64,000 nt of DNA from Candidatus Thorarchaeota archaeon (GTDB lineage Archaea; Asgardarchaeota; Thorarchaeia; Thorarchaeales; Thorarchaeaceae): contig JAUVHR010000001.1 in the NCBI GenBank assembly GCA_030593165.1, positions 25,025 to 89,024 of the forward strand, read 5' to 3'. The number at the start of each line of letters is the position of its first letter. Position 1 is the stretch's first letter. A model generated the notes under the pieces. It did not search any database and had not been told where the DNA came from. It saw only the letters and a list, made by a program, of their open reading frames with translations. This document shows positions 1 to 9,892 of the stretch, in pieces. Both the position numbers and the translations under genes were made by a program.

Positions 1-1595
1 CCATAACCATCTGCTGTAATACAAACAATACTAGTATCACTATCCATTTCACTGTCAACAATGAGTGATGCTAAGTGCGCATAATGATGCTGGACTTGAA
101 TCAAAGGAACATGCCATTGCTTTACAAGACGTTTTGCAAGTTCAGTTGTGGAAAATTCTGGGTGCAAATCGGCTCCCACTACATCTATCCCTTCTAGTCC
201 AAGCAAATGCATGAGATGATAGAGGCTATCGGTTAAGAATTGAACATTACCAATGCGATCAGTGTCACCAATGTACTGTGTCATATAGACTCTCTGTGAT
301 TTCAATACTGCACCAGTTGTCTTCTCTTGAGGTCCTAATGCAATTGCAGTTAGCCTTTCCCAAGGTCCTTCAAGCCTTATAGGCTCAGGTACGTAACCCC
401 TTGCTCGGCGGATAAAGACAGGATTGGAGTTTCCAAGCACTTTCACAACAGAGTCATCAGTCCTCTGGTGAATTCTACGATTATGGAGTAAGTAGTAATC
501 AGCAATATTCTTCAATTCAGAAACAATCTCATTCGGTTCAATATACATGGGCACTCCTGTTGGATTCGCACTTGTCATGATGAAAGCAGACTCATTGGAG
601 TAGCGGAATAGAAGATGATGAAGAGGTGCGTATGGAAGCATTACCCCGACAGTATCTAGTCCTGGTGCAATCTCCTCAAGTATTTCTTCTGTAATCACCG
701 AAACCTGACTTCCAGTCTTTTTCGTTACTAGTAGAATGGGTCGTTTCCATGAGCTCAATAGTTCAATATCAATAGGTTTCAAGACTACAAATCGTTGCAA
801 AGCATCCAAGTTTCTGACCATTATTGCAAATGGTCGTTGAGATCGTTTCTTGCGTTCTCTTAACTTCTTTATCACTTCTACGTCACTGGTTTTGGTGACA
901 ATATGTGTTCCACCAATACCTTGAACCGCAATTATCAAACCATCATTGATGAGTTGTACAGCAGTTCGTACTGGAATATCTACTGATTTTGAAATCTTGT
1001 TTCCTTGTGCATCAAACAGAGTATAAAGTGGCCCACATAGTACACAGGCAGTTGTCTGTGCATGATAACGACGATCTAGAGGATTTGTATAGCCTGTATT
1101 ACAAGTATCACATAATGGAAATTCAGTCATTGTGGTACTAGGCCTATCATAGGGGAGATCTGTGATGGTAGAGAATCTTGGACCACAAGCTGCACATGAT
1201 GTAAATGGATAGAGGAACCACCGAGATGTTGGATTAGTAAGATCTTCAATACAATGATTACAGATTGCAATATCCGGCGGGATTATTAGTATTGTATCAG
1301 TTCCCCTTGCAGACGTTGAACGTTCTATGCTGAAAATTACAAATTCATTTCTGACCGGCAACCAACTGATGTCAAGGGAATCTATACGTGAGATGGACGG
1401 GAGATTGTTTCGAATCTCATTTACCAAATTGAGGATTGACTTTCTTTGTCCTTCCACAATTATTCTAACTCCCACATCACCCATATTAAGTACAGAACCA
1501 ACAAGTGAGAGATTAGTTGCAACTCGGTACACAAAAGGCCGGAAGCCAACTCCTTGTACAATACCTGTTATGTGGATTATTGCACGTTCTCTCAA
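1..1595 (-). CDS. hypF: [NiFe]-hydrogenase maturation carbamoyltransferase HypF; C-terminal end runs off the window; TTG start at 1595
   Basis: My own minus-strand translation; it is truncated, so it is not in the ORF track. It reads LRERAIIHITGIVQGVGFRPFVYRVA (acylphosphatase motif). Paired CxxC zinc fingers follow (CNHC..CAACGP, CDTC..CVLCGP), then a YrdC-like GIGGTHIV and an HHYAH motif. Confidence 0.85.
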   Translation of the reverse strand, partial: MRERAIIHITGIVQGVGFRPFVYRVATNLSLVGSVLNMGDVGVRIIVEGQRKSILNLVNEIRNNLPSISRIDSLDISWLPVRNEFVIFSIERSTSARGTDTILIIPPDIAICNHCIEDLTNPTSRWFLYPFTSCAACGPRFSTITDLPYDRPSTTMTEFPLCDTCNTGYTNPLDRRYHAQTTACVLCGPLYTLFDAQGNKISKSVDIPVRTAVQLINDGLIIAVQGIGGTHIVTKTSDVEVIKKLRERKKRSQRPFAIMVRNLDALQRFVVLKPIDIELLSSWKRPILLVTKKTGSQVSVITEEILEEIAPGLDTVGVMLPYAPLHHLLFRYSNESAFIMTSANPTGVPMYIEPNEIVSELKNIADYYLLHNRRIHQRTDDSVVKVLGNSNPVFIRRARGYVPEPIRLEGPWERLTAIALGPQEKTTGAVLKSQRVYMTQYIGDTDRIGNVQFLTDSLYHLMHLLGLEGIDVVGADLHPEFSTTELAKRLVKQWHVPLIQVQHHYAHLASLIVDSEMDSDTSIVCITADGY

Positions 1596-2355
1596 GCTTT
1601 GATTGCCTCATCAAAAAGCTCGGTGAAGCACGGATATTAATCCAGTGAGAGTGGCAAGGATTTGTCTATTACTACCCGTATTACAACCAATACCACCTGT
1701 GGAAATGTGATTATGTAGGACCTCTTAAGGACACCAGAGTGACAAGAATACGATTGGACTTGCATACATTCAGTGAACGTACCAAATCGTCGATACACGA
1801 ACCAGAAGTAACACCTTCTATACTCGCAGGACTACCTGAATGTCTTCGAGGTACTCTTCTTGCGTGTGCAAAACGACAAGAGATGCGGAGAAAGCCAATA
1901 CTCGTATCTAGTAACAGTCTGGCAAACAGATTCATACTCTCTCGGTGGGGTATCCGACCATCACAAAGAAGAAGATACAGGAACCTTTTCACAACCATTC
2001 GAAAACAGTGCCGGGTCATATTCAATCACTATCTTACTAGGGGCAGAATCGAATGGCAGGATGGATCGGCTAGGTATGTATTTGGTATCTACAAATTCGA
2101 TGAGATAAGGGGAAATCTAATCCTTGGATTCGTCCTAACTCCTCCCGATTCCGAATGGACTTTACCCATGAGATGAATTGCAGGAAACACGGAAGCACTT
2201 AAGTTAGATACAAGAATCAATGTATACAATAGTGTATCCGTCCAGATACTAATACACAACTTGGGTACAATGACATTCATAACACTCTGTACATCATTTA
2301 GAGGCTTATGGAACCTGATACAAGTTGACAAATCTACCAGGGAAGGATAGTAATT

Positions 2356-2895
2356 GTGACTAAGAACAAGGAGAAACAGCTGAAATCAATTGTTTCAGGT
2401 GTCAAAGATGTTCTTCGTGAGCCGATACTCAAAGTACTCGTAATGAATTCTCTTCTTACAGAAACCCAATTAGAAACTCTACTTGTAGATCTCGTAATTG
2501 AAGATAGTTATGGTGATCACATCTCCTACAAGGAGAAAGCTTCTCTGAGATCAAGGATAGGTACTGGATCAAAAGGTGTTTCAAGAGGTGCATTCAACAG
2601 AACTCTGAAACAGGCACGACAGAATATGATGAAATGTCTTTACACGATGCTACTCCTTGCGTACCTCGGTTTCTTTGACTTTGCTGTATTTAGACCGTTT
2701 GAAGAGATTGCTGCAAAGATTGGTAATTACAGAGAAATACGTGATGTTCTTGCAGGGAAGACTAACCTCACGAGTGAGGAAATTGAGAGTTACCGAGCAG
2801 CTGAGAGAACAATTCTAGATGCCCTTCAACATCTAGCATCTCCTTTGGTGTTGAAGTCTGATCTCTCACGGAGAAGGCCTGAGAACGAAACCTAG
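2356..2895 (+). CDS. hypothetical protein, possible helix-turn-helix DNA-binding protein (GTG start)
   Basis: 179-aa ORF with no competing frame. The SRGAFNRTLKQARQNMMKCL segment resembles a sigma-r4/Tfx-like HTH. Weak. Confidence 0.4.
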   Translation: MTKNKEKQLKSIVSGVKDVLREPILKVLVMNSLLTETQLETLLVDLVIEDSYGDHISYKEKASLRSRIGTGSKGVSRGAFNRTLKQARQNMMKCLYTMLLLAYLGFFDFAVFRPFEEIAAKIGNYREIRDVLAGKTNLTSEEIESYRAAERTILDALQHLASPLVLKSDLSRRRPENET

Positions 2896-3288
2896 ACAAT
2901 CATGACATAAGAAATAATGAATGTATTCCGAGTCACCGAAACAAAATAGGGGCACGAGGGTGCCGTGCTTCAGGCCGTCGACGTAACTGGGTATCCAGTC
3001 CATTCAACTCATTCAATCAACACTGTATCATCTTGGAGGTTGGTATGCATGAGGAGATAGAGATACCAATGATGCTTAGCTAAGTCTGATGGAAACCAAG
3101 TGGATTCCAGTTGACGACTTGTCACCATTTTCACGACACACTCACATATTTACAGACCACACTTATACATAGTTCTAATCTTAGAACGAATCAAAAGACC
3201 CCTTTTTGACATAACTTGTTGGTATTACATGAAATACACAGGGAATACCAAACACTTTTTGTGAAATCACATTTGTATCCGAAACATA

Positions 3289-4566
3289 GTGGTGATTTCT
3301 TTGTCAGATGAGGAACCCCGTAGTCGCGTTCTGAAGGCGAGTAAGGACCGTTTGAGGGAAACTAAGGAAAAAAATAAAATCGAAGAGCTTACAAATGCCA
3401 TTGGAGATCGCAGACTTAGAGACTTGCATGACTTAGTGGCATCACTTGAGCTAGAATCTGGATGGGAAACCGTTGTTAGGTACCTTATCTGTGCTGTCCA
3501 GAGCCAGTACTCTAGCCCTCTTATTACAGGTCCATCGAAAATTAGACTGGAACCTCTCAAAGTCAGAGAGATGTTATTCGCACTTTTCTCATGTTCTGGT
3601 TTGGAACCAATAGACTACGACACTTTAGCCCTCCTACAATTGCTTGAACAAGAAGAATCCTTTGCAAGGGCATCCACTGTATTTGAGTCCCATATAACAA
3701 ATATGGCTAAGGAGCATATCGCCAATGGAAATATTCTATTCTTCAATCTATCTAACTATAGCTGTTCCGGGATTGAAGGTTACAGAGACGTGATTGAGAA
3801 GACGAGAAACTCACAGATTTCAAAAATACGCTTATTCAGAACAGGAGCTTTTGTAAACATTGAACCGCTATGGTATACAGAATTCGGCCGATATGCTCTA
3901 AGTGGTCTTGCAGTAAAGGGCACACGTATCAGTTTGTCCGACTTCGAATCCGTATTATCAGTATTACAAGTTTCATCACATACTAAAAGCTGTCTTAAGA
4001 AAACACTCGAGTCCAATGAAACACACGATATTCTCACGCTTGAATATCCCCTCAACGAAAACTATCGCGAATTACTTGTGCTTACTATTAATCAGGACAT
4101 CAAGAAGTTGTGTACACTTGGGAGCAGGCACACCGTACCAACCATTATTGCAAGAACAAGAATGGCAATGGATCAATACAAATCTGATGAATCAAGTAAC
4201 AACTATCGTGAGCTTATCACTTGTTTGACTAGCCACCTGCTTATCAGATCCGTAGAGTCCGTTCTGGTTCTGGAGGACATACTTCAGCTGAAAAACCCCC
4301 GACTAACAACTCTTTCAGCTCTTGCCTTGGGCAACTTCTACCATGAATCTGCAGCATCGTTACTAATTGACGTATTATGCCAAACAAAAGACCACAATAT
4401 TCTACACGCTACAAACACTGCTCTATTGAATTTATTCCACAAGCTTCCTGAAACCACAACACTGGTTTTTGATAAAATTAATTCTTCAACATGTACGAAT
4501 ATAGGACATCTCAAACAGATCTACAAGAAGATATCTCATCAGAAACGTTCTTATTACGAACAATAA
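3289..4566 (+). CDS. hypothetical protein with C-terminal HEAT/ARM-like repeats
   Basis: 425-aa ORF. The C-terminus (LALGNFYHESAASLLIDVLCQTKDHNILHATNTALLNL) looks HEAT-like. Confidence 0.5.
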   Translation: MVISLSDEEPRSRVLKASKDRLRETKEKNKIEELTNAIGDRRLRDLHDLVASLELESGWETVVRYLICAVQSQYSSPLITGPSKIRLEPLKVREMLFALFSCSGLEPIDYDTLALLQLLEQEESFARASTVFESHITNMAKEHIANGNILFFNLSNYSCSGIEGYRDVIEKTRNSQISKIRLFRTGAFVNIEPLWYTEFGRYALSGLAVKGTRISLSDFESVLSVLQVSSHTKSCLKKTLESNETHDILTLEYPLNENYRELLVLTINQDIKKLCTLGSRHTVPTIIARTRMAMDQYKSDESSNNYRELITCLTSHLLIRSVESVLVLEDILQLKNPRLTTLSALALGNFYHESAASLLIDVLCQTKDHNILHATNTALLNLFHKLPETTTLVFDKINSSTCTNIGHLKQIYKKISHQKRSYYEQ

Positions 4567-4622
4567 GTGTAATACATAATGCATTCACAACTCGGCAGAC
4601 ATAAATCTGCTCACCTTCCGGC

Positions 4623-6035
4623 ATGATTGTCATGACCAGTGAGCAACCAACCACATCATTTGACAAGATTGACCCCTTTTTCAATCCAAGAAGGATAGCA
4701 CTTGTCGGTGCATCATCTGATTATCGAAAACTGGGTAACTCAATTCTCATGAATCTTTTAGCTTCTGAAATCGAAACATACCCTATTACACGGAACAGAG
4801 ATCAAGTTCTGGGGGTGAAGGCATATTCAAGTCTAAGTGAACTCCCTAAGACAATTGATCTTGTTATAGTGGCAGTGGCAGCCAAGTATTGTCCTGGACT
4901 TATGCGTGAGATTCACGCAGCCGGAGCTCAACATGCAATTATAATCTCAGGTGGTTTCAGTGAAACTGGTGAAACGGGGCTTGAAATCGAGGAAACACTC
5001 ATCAGTGCTGCACAAAACGCTGGTGTAAGATTCATTGGCCCAAATTGTGTAGGTGTGTCAAATAGTCGATTGTTTAATGGAACCTTTACAATGATGCCTG
5101 AGAGAGGGAACATCGCATTCGTTTCTCAAAGTGGTGCACTAGGTGGGATGAGTATCTATACAACTCGCGCCAAAAGAATCGGAATGAGTAAGTTTGCAAG
5201 CATTGGTAATGCAGCCGATATCAATTTCGTCGAAATCATTGACTATTTCCGTGAAGATCCAAAGAGCACAGTCATTGCAGTCTATGTTGAGGGTGTAGAT
5301 GATGGAAGAAGCTTTTATCAGTCTCTCAGACACGCAGCTACCAGAAAACCAGTTGTAGTTCTCAAGGGTGGCCGTAGTGATGCGGGTAGCCATGCCACAC
5401 AGTCCCACACTGGTTCTCTTGCAGGATCCATTCCAATATTTGATGGGATGATTAAACAGGCCGGCTGCGTAACAGCTCCTACTCTAGATACACTGTTCGA
5501 AATCTGTAAGATTTTTGATTATCAACCTCTCCCACATGGACGCAATATTGGTATTATTAGTAATACAGGAGGCGGGGGAGTACTAGCGACCGATGCAGCC
5601 TCAGACCTACATCTCCAGATTTCAGAGTTGAAGAAGAAAACTATGTTAAAACTTAAACAAGTCCTTCCTCCAATGGCATCAATCAAGAATCCTATAGATG
5701 TGTTGGCTGGTGGCGGAAGACGAGAATACCGGATAACAACTGAACTATTGTTGGAAGATTCGAATGTAGACATGTTACTTGTGATATGCGGAGTACCTAC
5801 ATTCGCAGGTATGACTCAGACAGAACATGCGGCTGGAACACTTGAGGGGATACGCATGACTGACACAGCCAAGCCAGTTATTGGAGTCTGGCTTGCAGGC
5901 GATGTTGGAAAGCCTGGAAAGGATCTTCTTGAAATGAATAGAATTCCTTGCTATGACGACCCTGCACTTGCAACACTCTGTATGTCTCGTCTTGCGGAAT
6001 ATTCGGAATGGCATTCAAAGCATCAAGAGAACTAG
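4623..6035 (+). CDS. acetate--CoA ligase (ADP-forming) alpha-type subunit / CoA-binding succinyl-CoA-synthetase-like protein
   Basis: FFNPRRIALVGAS (CoA-binding N-terminus), GPNCVG, SQSGALG, and the phosphohistidine loop SHTGSLAG. Confidence 0.75.
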   Translation: MIVMTSEQPTTSFDKIDPFFNPRRIALVGASSDYRKLGNSILMNLLASEIETYPITRNRDQVLGVKAYSSLSELPKTIDLVIVAVAAKYCPGLMREIHAAGAQHAIIISGGFSETGETGLEIEETLISAAQNAGVRFIGPNCVGVSNSRLFNGTFTMMPERGNIAFVSQSGALGGMSIYTTRAKRIGMSKFASIGNAADINFVEIIDYFREDPKSTVIAVYVEGVDDGRSFYQSLRHAATRKPVVVLKGGRSDAGSHATQSHTGSLAGSIPIFDGMIKQAGCVTAPTLDTLFEICKIFDYQPLPHGRNIGIISNTGGGGVLATDAASDLHLQISELKKKTMLKLKQVLPPMASIKNPIDVLAGGGRREYRITTELLLEDSNVDMLLVICGVPTFAGMTQTEHAAGTLEGIRMTDTAKPVIGVWLAGDVGKPGKDLLEMNRIPCYDDPALATLCMSRLAEYSEWHSKHQEN

Positions 6036-6090
6036 CTTTCAGTTGTATCAATTGTATTACCATTGTATATAATCATTCAACCTGCCTGTA

Positions 6091-6393
6091 CTATTCCAAG
6101 TACTGATTAGCAAGATCGGGAAATTCTTTTGCGATAGCTTCACGGAGCTTGCGTTCCACCCACATACTCAGATTTATCATTCGTTCATTGCGAACAGCCT
6201 GCAGACAAGATCTGAGGTCAGTTGCAATTGAGAATGACACAATCGGACTCTTGCGTTCTTTATTGGGCACTGAATCACTCTGCCTAGTTTCCTTCTTGGT
6301 GGGTGTATGCCTAGCAGTAGTAGGTGAAGGTTCTACTTTCTTCTCCTCTTCCCTTGTTTCTTCTTCTTTTCGGTACTTTCCTAAGAGACTCAT
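6091..6393 (-). CDS. ribbon-helix-helix (CopG/Arc-like) small protein, translationally coupled to the upstream AAA+ gene
   Basis: The internal ATG at 6393 overlaps the TAA stop of the upstream gene (TAATG). The N-terminus is Lys/Glu-rich. The C-terminus (VSFSIATDLRSCLQAVRNERMINLSMWVERKLREAI) fits a strand-helix-helix pattern. Confidence 0.5.
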   Translation of the reverse strand: MSLLGKYRKEEETREEEKKVEPSPTTARHTPTKKETRQSDSVPNKERKSPIVSFSIATDLRSCLQAVRNERMINLSMWVERKLREAIAKEFPDLANQYLE

Positions 6394-7367
6394 TACCGCA
6401 CCTCCCTGAGTATGGTTGCATAAGCTTCGCAAACAAGTTCGGCAATTTGATTACTTACTATAGGATTCCCATTCTTTCTGAGGTTTTCAGCAGCCACTTG
6501 CTGACATCCCCGTGCCAACATTCGAATATCTCGTGGATTTCCTCTTGCTGCTGTATTGATGGCAACAATAGCCTTCTCTTCAAAGGGCTGAACCTCAAAA
6601 CTATCTGGGTCAAAACTGTCAATGCGACTCTGCGCATATGCGATTCTTCTACCAATGAATTCTCTTGCTTTCATATCATCTAGTGGTGGTACGTCAAGAG
6701 GTTCAGTTCGATCTGCTATCTGTGGAAGAAATGATAACATAGCATTCCAATACACTGCAGTCCCACTCATTACTAGTGTAATAATCGGTTCATCAAGTGC
6801 ATCAGTAAACCCTTCTCTCATTTCTTCTGTTGGCAAATCTGCAAGAAAGCGTAGCTTGTGAAATGCTGCTTCTTGGTTGTCAGCCACATCCTCAATGAAG
6901 AGTGCAGTACGACATTTCTCCTCAACATATCTTCTAAGGCTCTCTTGTGCAACAGCATCTATTATTTGAGTTGATTCCCATGACCGACGATATTTCACTC
7001 TCAGAGAGTCAGCAATTGCGGCAGCCATCTGCTTCTCGTAGAGTCCTGTCATTCCGACATACCCTGTGATGAACTTGTTACCGCGACGATCGGCCAAGGT
7101 TGGTAGGTCTCTTAATGCAAGGAGCATAAGGGTACTTTTACCTGAGCCTACAGGTCCTCTCAGAAAGATATGTCGTTCATTCGTGATTATAAGATCAACA
7201 ATACTATCGAGGAAATCCGGGTGCTCAACGTATAATCGACTATCAGGCATCTTGAACCCACGGAAGGGCGAGAAGCGACATCCGATACTTTCCTCCCACG
7301 CGCGCAACACTTCTTTACGCGTATTGAAGTGTCTTATTAGAGCACTTTCATGAATCGCAATTGTCAT
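6393..7367 (-). CDS. AAA+ ATPase, Orc1/Cdc6-like P-loop domain without an obvious winged helix
   Basis: Walker A is LRGPVGSGKST, Walker B is LFIEDV, and GNPRDIRMLARGC is sensor-2-like. Confidence 0.7.
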   Translation of the reverse strand: MTIAIHESALIRHFNTRKEVLRAWEESIGCRFSPFRGFKMPDSRLYVEHPDFLDSIVDLIITNERHIFLRGPVGSGKSTLMLLALRDLPTLADRRGNKFITGYVGMTGLYEKQMAAAIADSLRVKYRRSWESTQIIDAVAQESLRRYVEEKCRTALFIEDVADNQEAAFHKLRFLADLPTEEMREGFTDALDEPIITLVMSGTAVYWNAMLSFLPQIADRTEPLDVPPLDDMKAREFIGRRIAYAQSRIDSFDPDSFEVQPFEEKAIVAINTAARGNPRDIRMLARGCQQVAAENLRKNGNPIVSNQIAELVCEAYATILREVR

Positions 7368-7393
7368 CTGGTATACCCCACTTGCACCGATTT

Positions 7394-7434
7394 GTATTAC
7401 AAGTATTATCTGTAATCATGTATTACAAGTATTA
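7394..7434. promoter_or_regulatory. two copies of the 15-nt direct repeat gtattacaagtatta, 26 nt apart, upstream of the AAA+ gene
   Basis: Exact copies at 7394-7408 and 7420-7434, lying 27-67 nt upstream of the minus-strand start at 7367. Confidence 0.4.
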
Positions 7435-7573
7435 AAGGATTCTGAAAAAACTTGATATAAGGATTTGCTGTTACCCCAAAAAAACCCGCCAAAGACAGAA
7501 ATCTTTTTCAACAGAATGAAGAGTGAAACACCACAGTGAGTCAACCTCGGTCACCTAATCAGGAGATGGATTC

Positions 7574-7852
7574 ATGAAAACCTCAAGAATTCGACATGTA
7601 CTCAATTCCCTAATGATTCTGAGCTTTATTATCTTTGGACTACTTGCTGGAGTCATGCTCCTGCTGGATATCCCCCTCACAAGTACCACAGTATCATTAC
7701 CCTTCTCATTCCTATTTATCTCCATGATTACACTAATCTCTACTGGTAGGATTGAAGAAAGACCTCAGTTGACTGACCGGTACCTTCGTGAATGGCTTAT
7801 GATTTGTATCCTAGGTACTGCTATTAGTGCACTTTCCTTTGCCCTCGGATGA
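7574..7852 (+). CDS. small membrane protein (3 predicted TM segments)
   Basis: Hydrophobic 92-aa ORF. Confidence 0.4.
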   Translation: MKTSRIRHVLNSLMILSFIIFGLLAGVMLLLDIPLTSTTVSLPFSFLFISMITLISTGRIEERPQLTDRYLREWLMICILGTAISALSFALG

Positions 7853-7933
7853 AATATACCACAAAGATTTTTGGAAATTAGATACAAATCGCTCAAAATC
7901 TAACGAGTAACTCTATCCACGAAGTGAAAACCA

Positions 7934-8566
7934 ATGAGTAAGATCCTTCCTGGAACAAAAACAACGCGAATGGAACTTCTCCTACTAAAGAATCGGAAGA
8001 GGCTCGCTGAGAGGGGTCATAATCTTCTGAAGGAAAAGCGAGACAGTCTTATCATGGAGTTTTTCAATGCGATTGCAGAGATAAAAGAAGCTCGCCAAAC
8101 TGTGGAGGCAAATCTCAAAGAATCTTTCTCTGCCCTTACTCAGGCCAAGATGATTATGGGTCCAGCTCGAGTGATAGAGTTCGCCAACTCAAGTAAGGTT
8201 TCGGCTAATCTAGACATATCTACAAGGTCAATGATGGGTGTTCGTGTTCCTGTGTTGTCGATTAGTCAAGAAATTCCAGAGTTCCCCTATTCTCTTCCCG
8301 ATTCGAGTGCCAAGCTTGATACAATGGCAATCAAGTTTCAAGAAGCACTGAAGGCCATAGTCCAACTTGCAGAGATTGAATCTACTGTGAAACGATTAGC
8401 TTTGGAGATTGAAAGGACAAAGAGACGAGTATCAGCCCTTGAAACAGTTGTGATTCCTAGACTTGAGGCAACCACTAGATTCGTGAAACTTGCACTTGAA
8501 GAACGTGAGCGTGAAGACTTTTTCCGAATTAAGATTATCCGAGACCGTATCACTGCAGAACAATAA
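7934..8566 (+). CDS. atpD: A/V-type ATP synthase subunit D
   Basis: The N-terminus (PGTKTTRMELLLLKNRKRLAERGHNLLKEKRDSL) and coiled-coil architecture are typical of AtpD/NtpD. Confidence 0.85.
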   Translation: MSKILPGTKTTRMELLLLKNRKRLAERGHNLLKEKRDSLIMEFFNAIAEIKEARQTVEANLKESFSALTQAKMIMGPARVIEFANSSKVSANLDISTRSMMGVRVPVLSISQEIPEFPYSLPDSSAKLDTMAIKFQEALKAIVQLAEIESTVKRLALEIERTKRRVSALETVVIPRLEATTRFVKLALEEREREDFFRIKIIRDRITAEQ

Positions 8567-8956
8567 TCATGTCCGACGCAGTTTGAGAATAGCTGCAGCC
8601 AAGTCCCCATCTGATTCCTTGAGCGCCTCTGTAGCAACTTCTATGCTAACACTAGTCTGACTGGCAACTAATGCAGCATCTTCAACTGGGATTTCTATCT
8701 CGATAGGTTTAGCCACATGTTCCTTTAGAGACCCTTTGGTCCCGATGGGTCTTTCAATCTTTACTCCAGAAATTTGAAAAGACTCACCAGTAGTAGATTT
8801 GATCATTACAACCTGTGGTTCAGCAATAACCCATTCATTATCAGCAAACCGGATAATGACTTCTTTAGCACCGGAAACCTCTGTCTGTTCAATCCCCATT
8901 TTCTTCATCATACGTTTCATCTGTTTCGGTGAAGTTCCTCTGAATCCCATGATCAT
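8567..8956 (-). CDS. nac: nascent polypeptide-associated complex protein (archaeal NAC, NAC + UBA domains)
   Basis: QMKRMMKKMGI is followed by a NAC beta-barrel segment and a C-terminal UBA-like ATEALKESDGDLAAAILKL. Confidence 0.85.
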   Translation of the reverse strand: MIMGFRGTSPKQMKRMMKKMGIEQTEVSGAKEVIIRFADNEWVIAEPQVVMIKSTTGESFQISGVKIERPIGTKGSLKEHVAKPIEIEIPVEDAALVASQTSVSIEVATEALKESDGDLAAAILKLRRT

Positions 8957-9027
8957 TCCTCTTATTGAGTGTACAAGTTCATACGGCTAAAACATTGTAG
9001 TCCCTAAAATGATTTTGCTCACGACTA

Positions 9028-9873
9028 TCATTGTCCATCTAACATAATATCAAACACAAAATGTTCGACTCCTGGAGAGTATGTTTTCACTATACGGACT
9101 GTGGTCCGTTCCACATACCCATAATCCAGACATAGCGTATTAATCGTATTACGATAGTCATCTAGCCCTCTTCTTGACAAAGCTACGTGCATATGTATTA
9201 CACCACCATCCGAAGACAATGTTTCCAAAGCCTGTGGAAGATATTCAATTGTATCATGGAGATACCCCATAATCACACGATTTGCAAACTTTGACGGACG
9301 TTCAATCCGACAATCACCATGAATTGCTGAAACAGTACAATTGAGTCTGTTTAGGTGGATATTCTCAAGCAAGTAGGTATATGCCTTATGATTCAATTCG
9401 ATTGCTATCACTTTCGCATTGGAATGAAATGCAATTGGGAGGGCAAACTGCCCAACGCATGCAAACATATCAACAACAGTTTCAGTCGCATTAACAATCG
9501 AAACCATCCTAATACGTTCCGCCTTATTACCCCCAGAAAATGTAATGCAAAGTGGATCCAGCCTGAACTTCACTCCATTTTCCACATGAATAGTAGTCGT
9601 ATCCGACCTTCCCGCAACCAACCTATATTCAGGTTTACGGAATACACCCTTAGTAGGTCCTGATTTCACTGTAACAGATTGAACTCTTTGATCAAAACGC
9701 AGAATCAAGTTACCAATCAGCTCTGTGATATGACCTACGGCAGGATCGAGCTCTACTAGGGCAACATGTCCTACAAGATGAAATCCTGATGGAAGTATAA
9801 CATTATTCGGGACTTGTCCATCAAGGTGTTTTCTAAGATACTCTCTGAATCTCATTATTGTCCACAATACCAT
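9028..9873 (-). CDS. trm5: tRNA (guanine37-N1)-methyltransferase Trm5/Taw22-like (Met-10+ family)
   Basis: DMFACVGQFALPIA is the SAM-binding motif. Length and layout fit COG2520. Confidence 0.75.
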   Translation of the reverse strand: MVLWTIMRFREYLRKHLDGQVPNNVILPSGFHLVGHVALVELDPAVGHITELIGNLILRFDQRVQSVTVKSGPTKGVFRKPEYRLVAGRSDTTTIHVENGVKFRLDPLCITFSGGNKAERIRMVSIVNATETVVDMFACVGQFALPIAFHSNAKVIAIELNHKAYTYLLENIHLNRLNCTVSAIHGDCRIERPSKFANRVIMGYLHDTIEYLPQALETLSSDGGVIHMHVALSRRGLDDYRNTINTLCLDYGYVERTTVRIVKTYSPGVEHFVFDIMLDGQ

Positions 9874-9892
9874 TCATTCGGACCAATTAGAA

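Noticed and set aside
3060-3130. Candidate C/D-box sRNA (aATGATGc ... CTGA) in the 2896-3288 intergenic region
   Set aside because: Only one imperfect C box and one D' -like box are present, with 11-nt spacing. There is no C'/D pair and no terminal stem. The evidence is insufficient.
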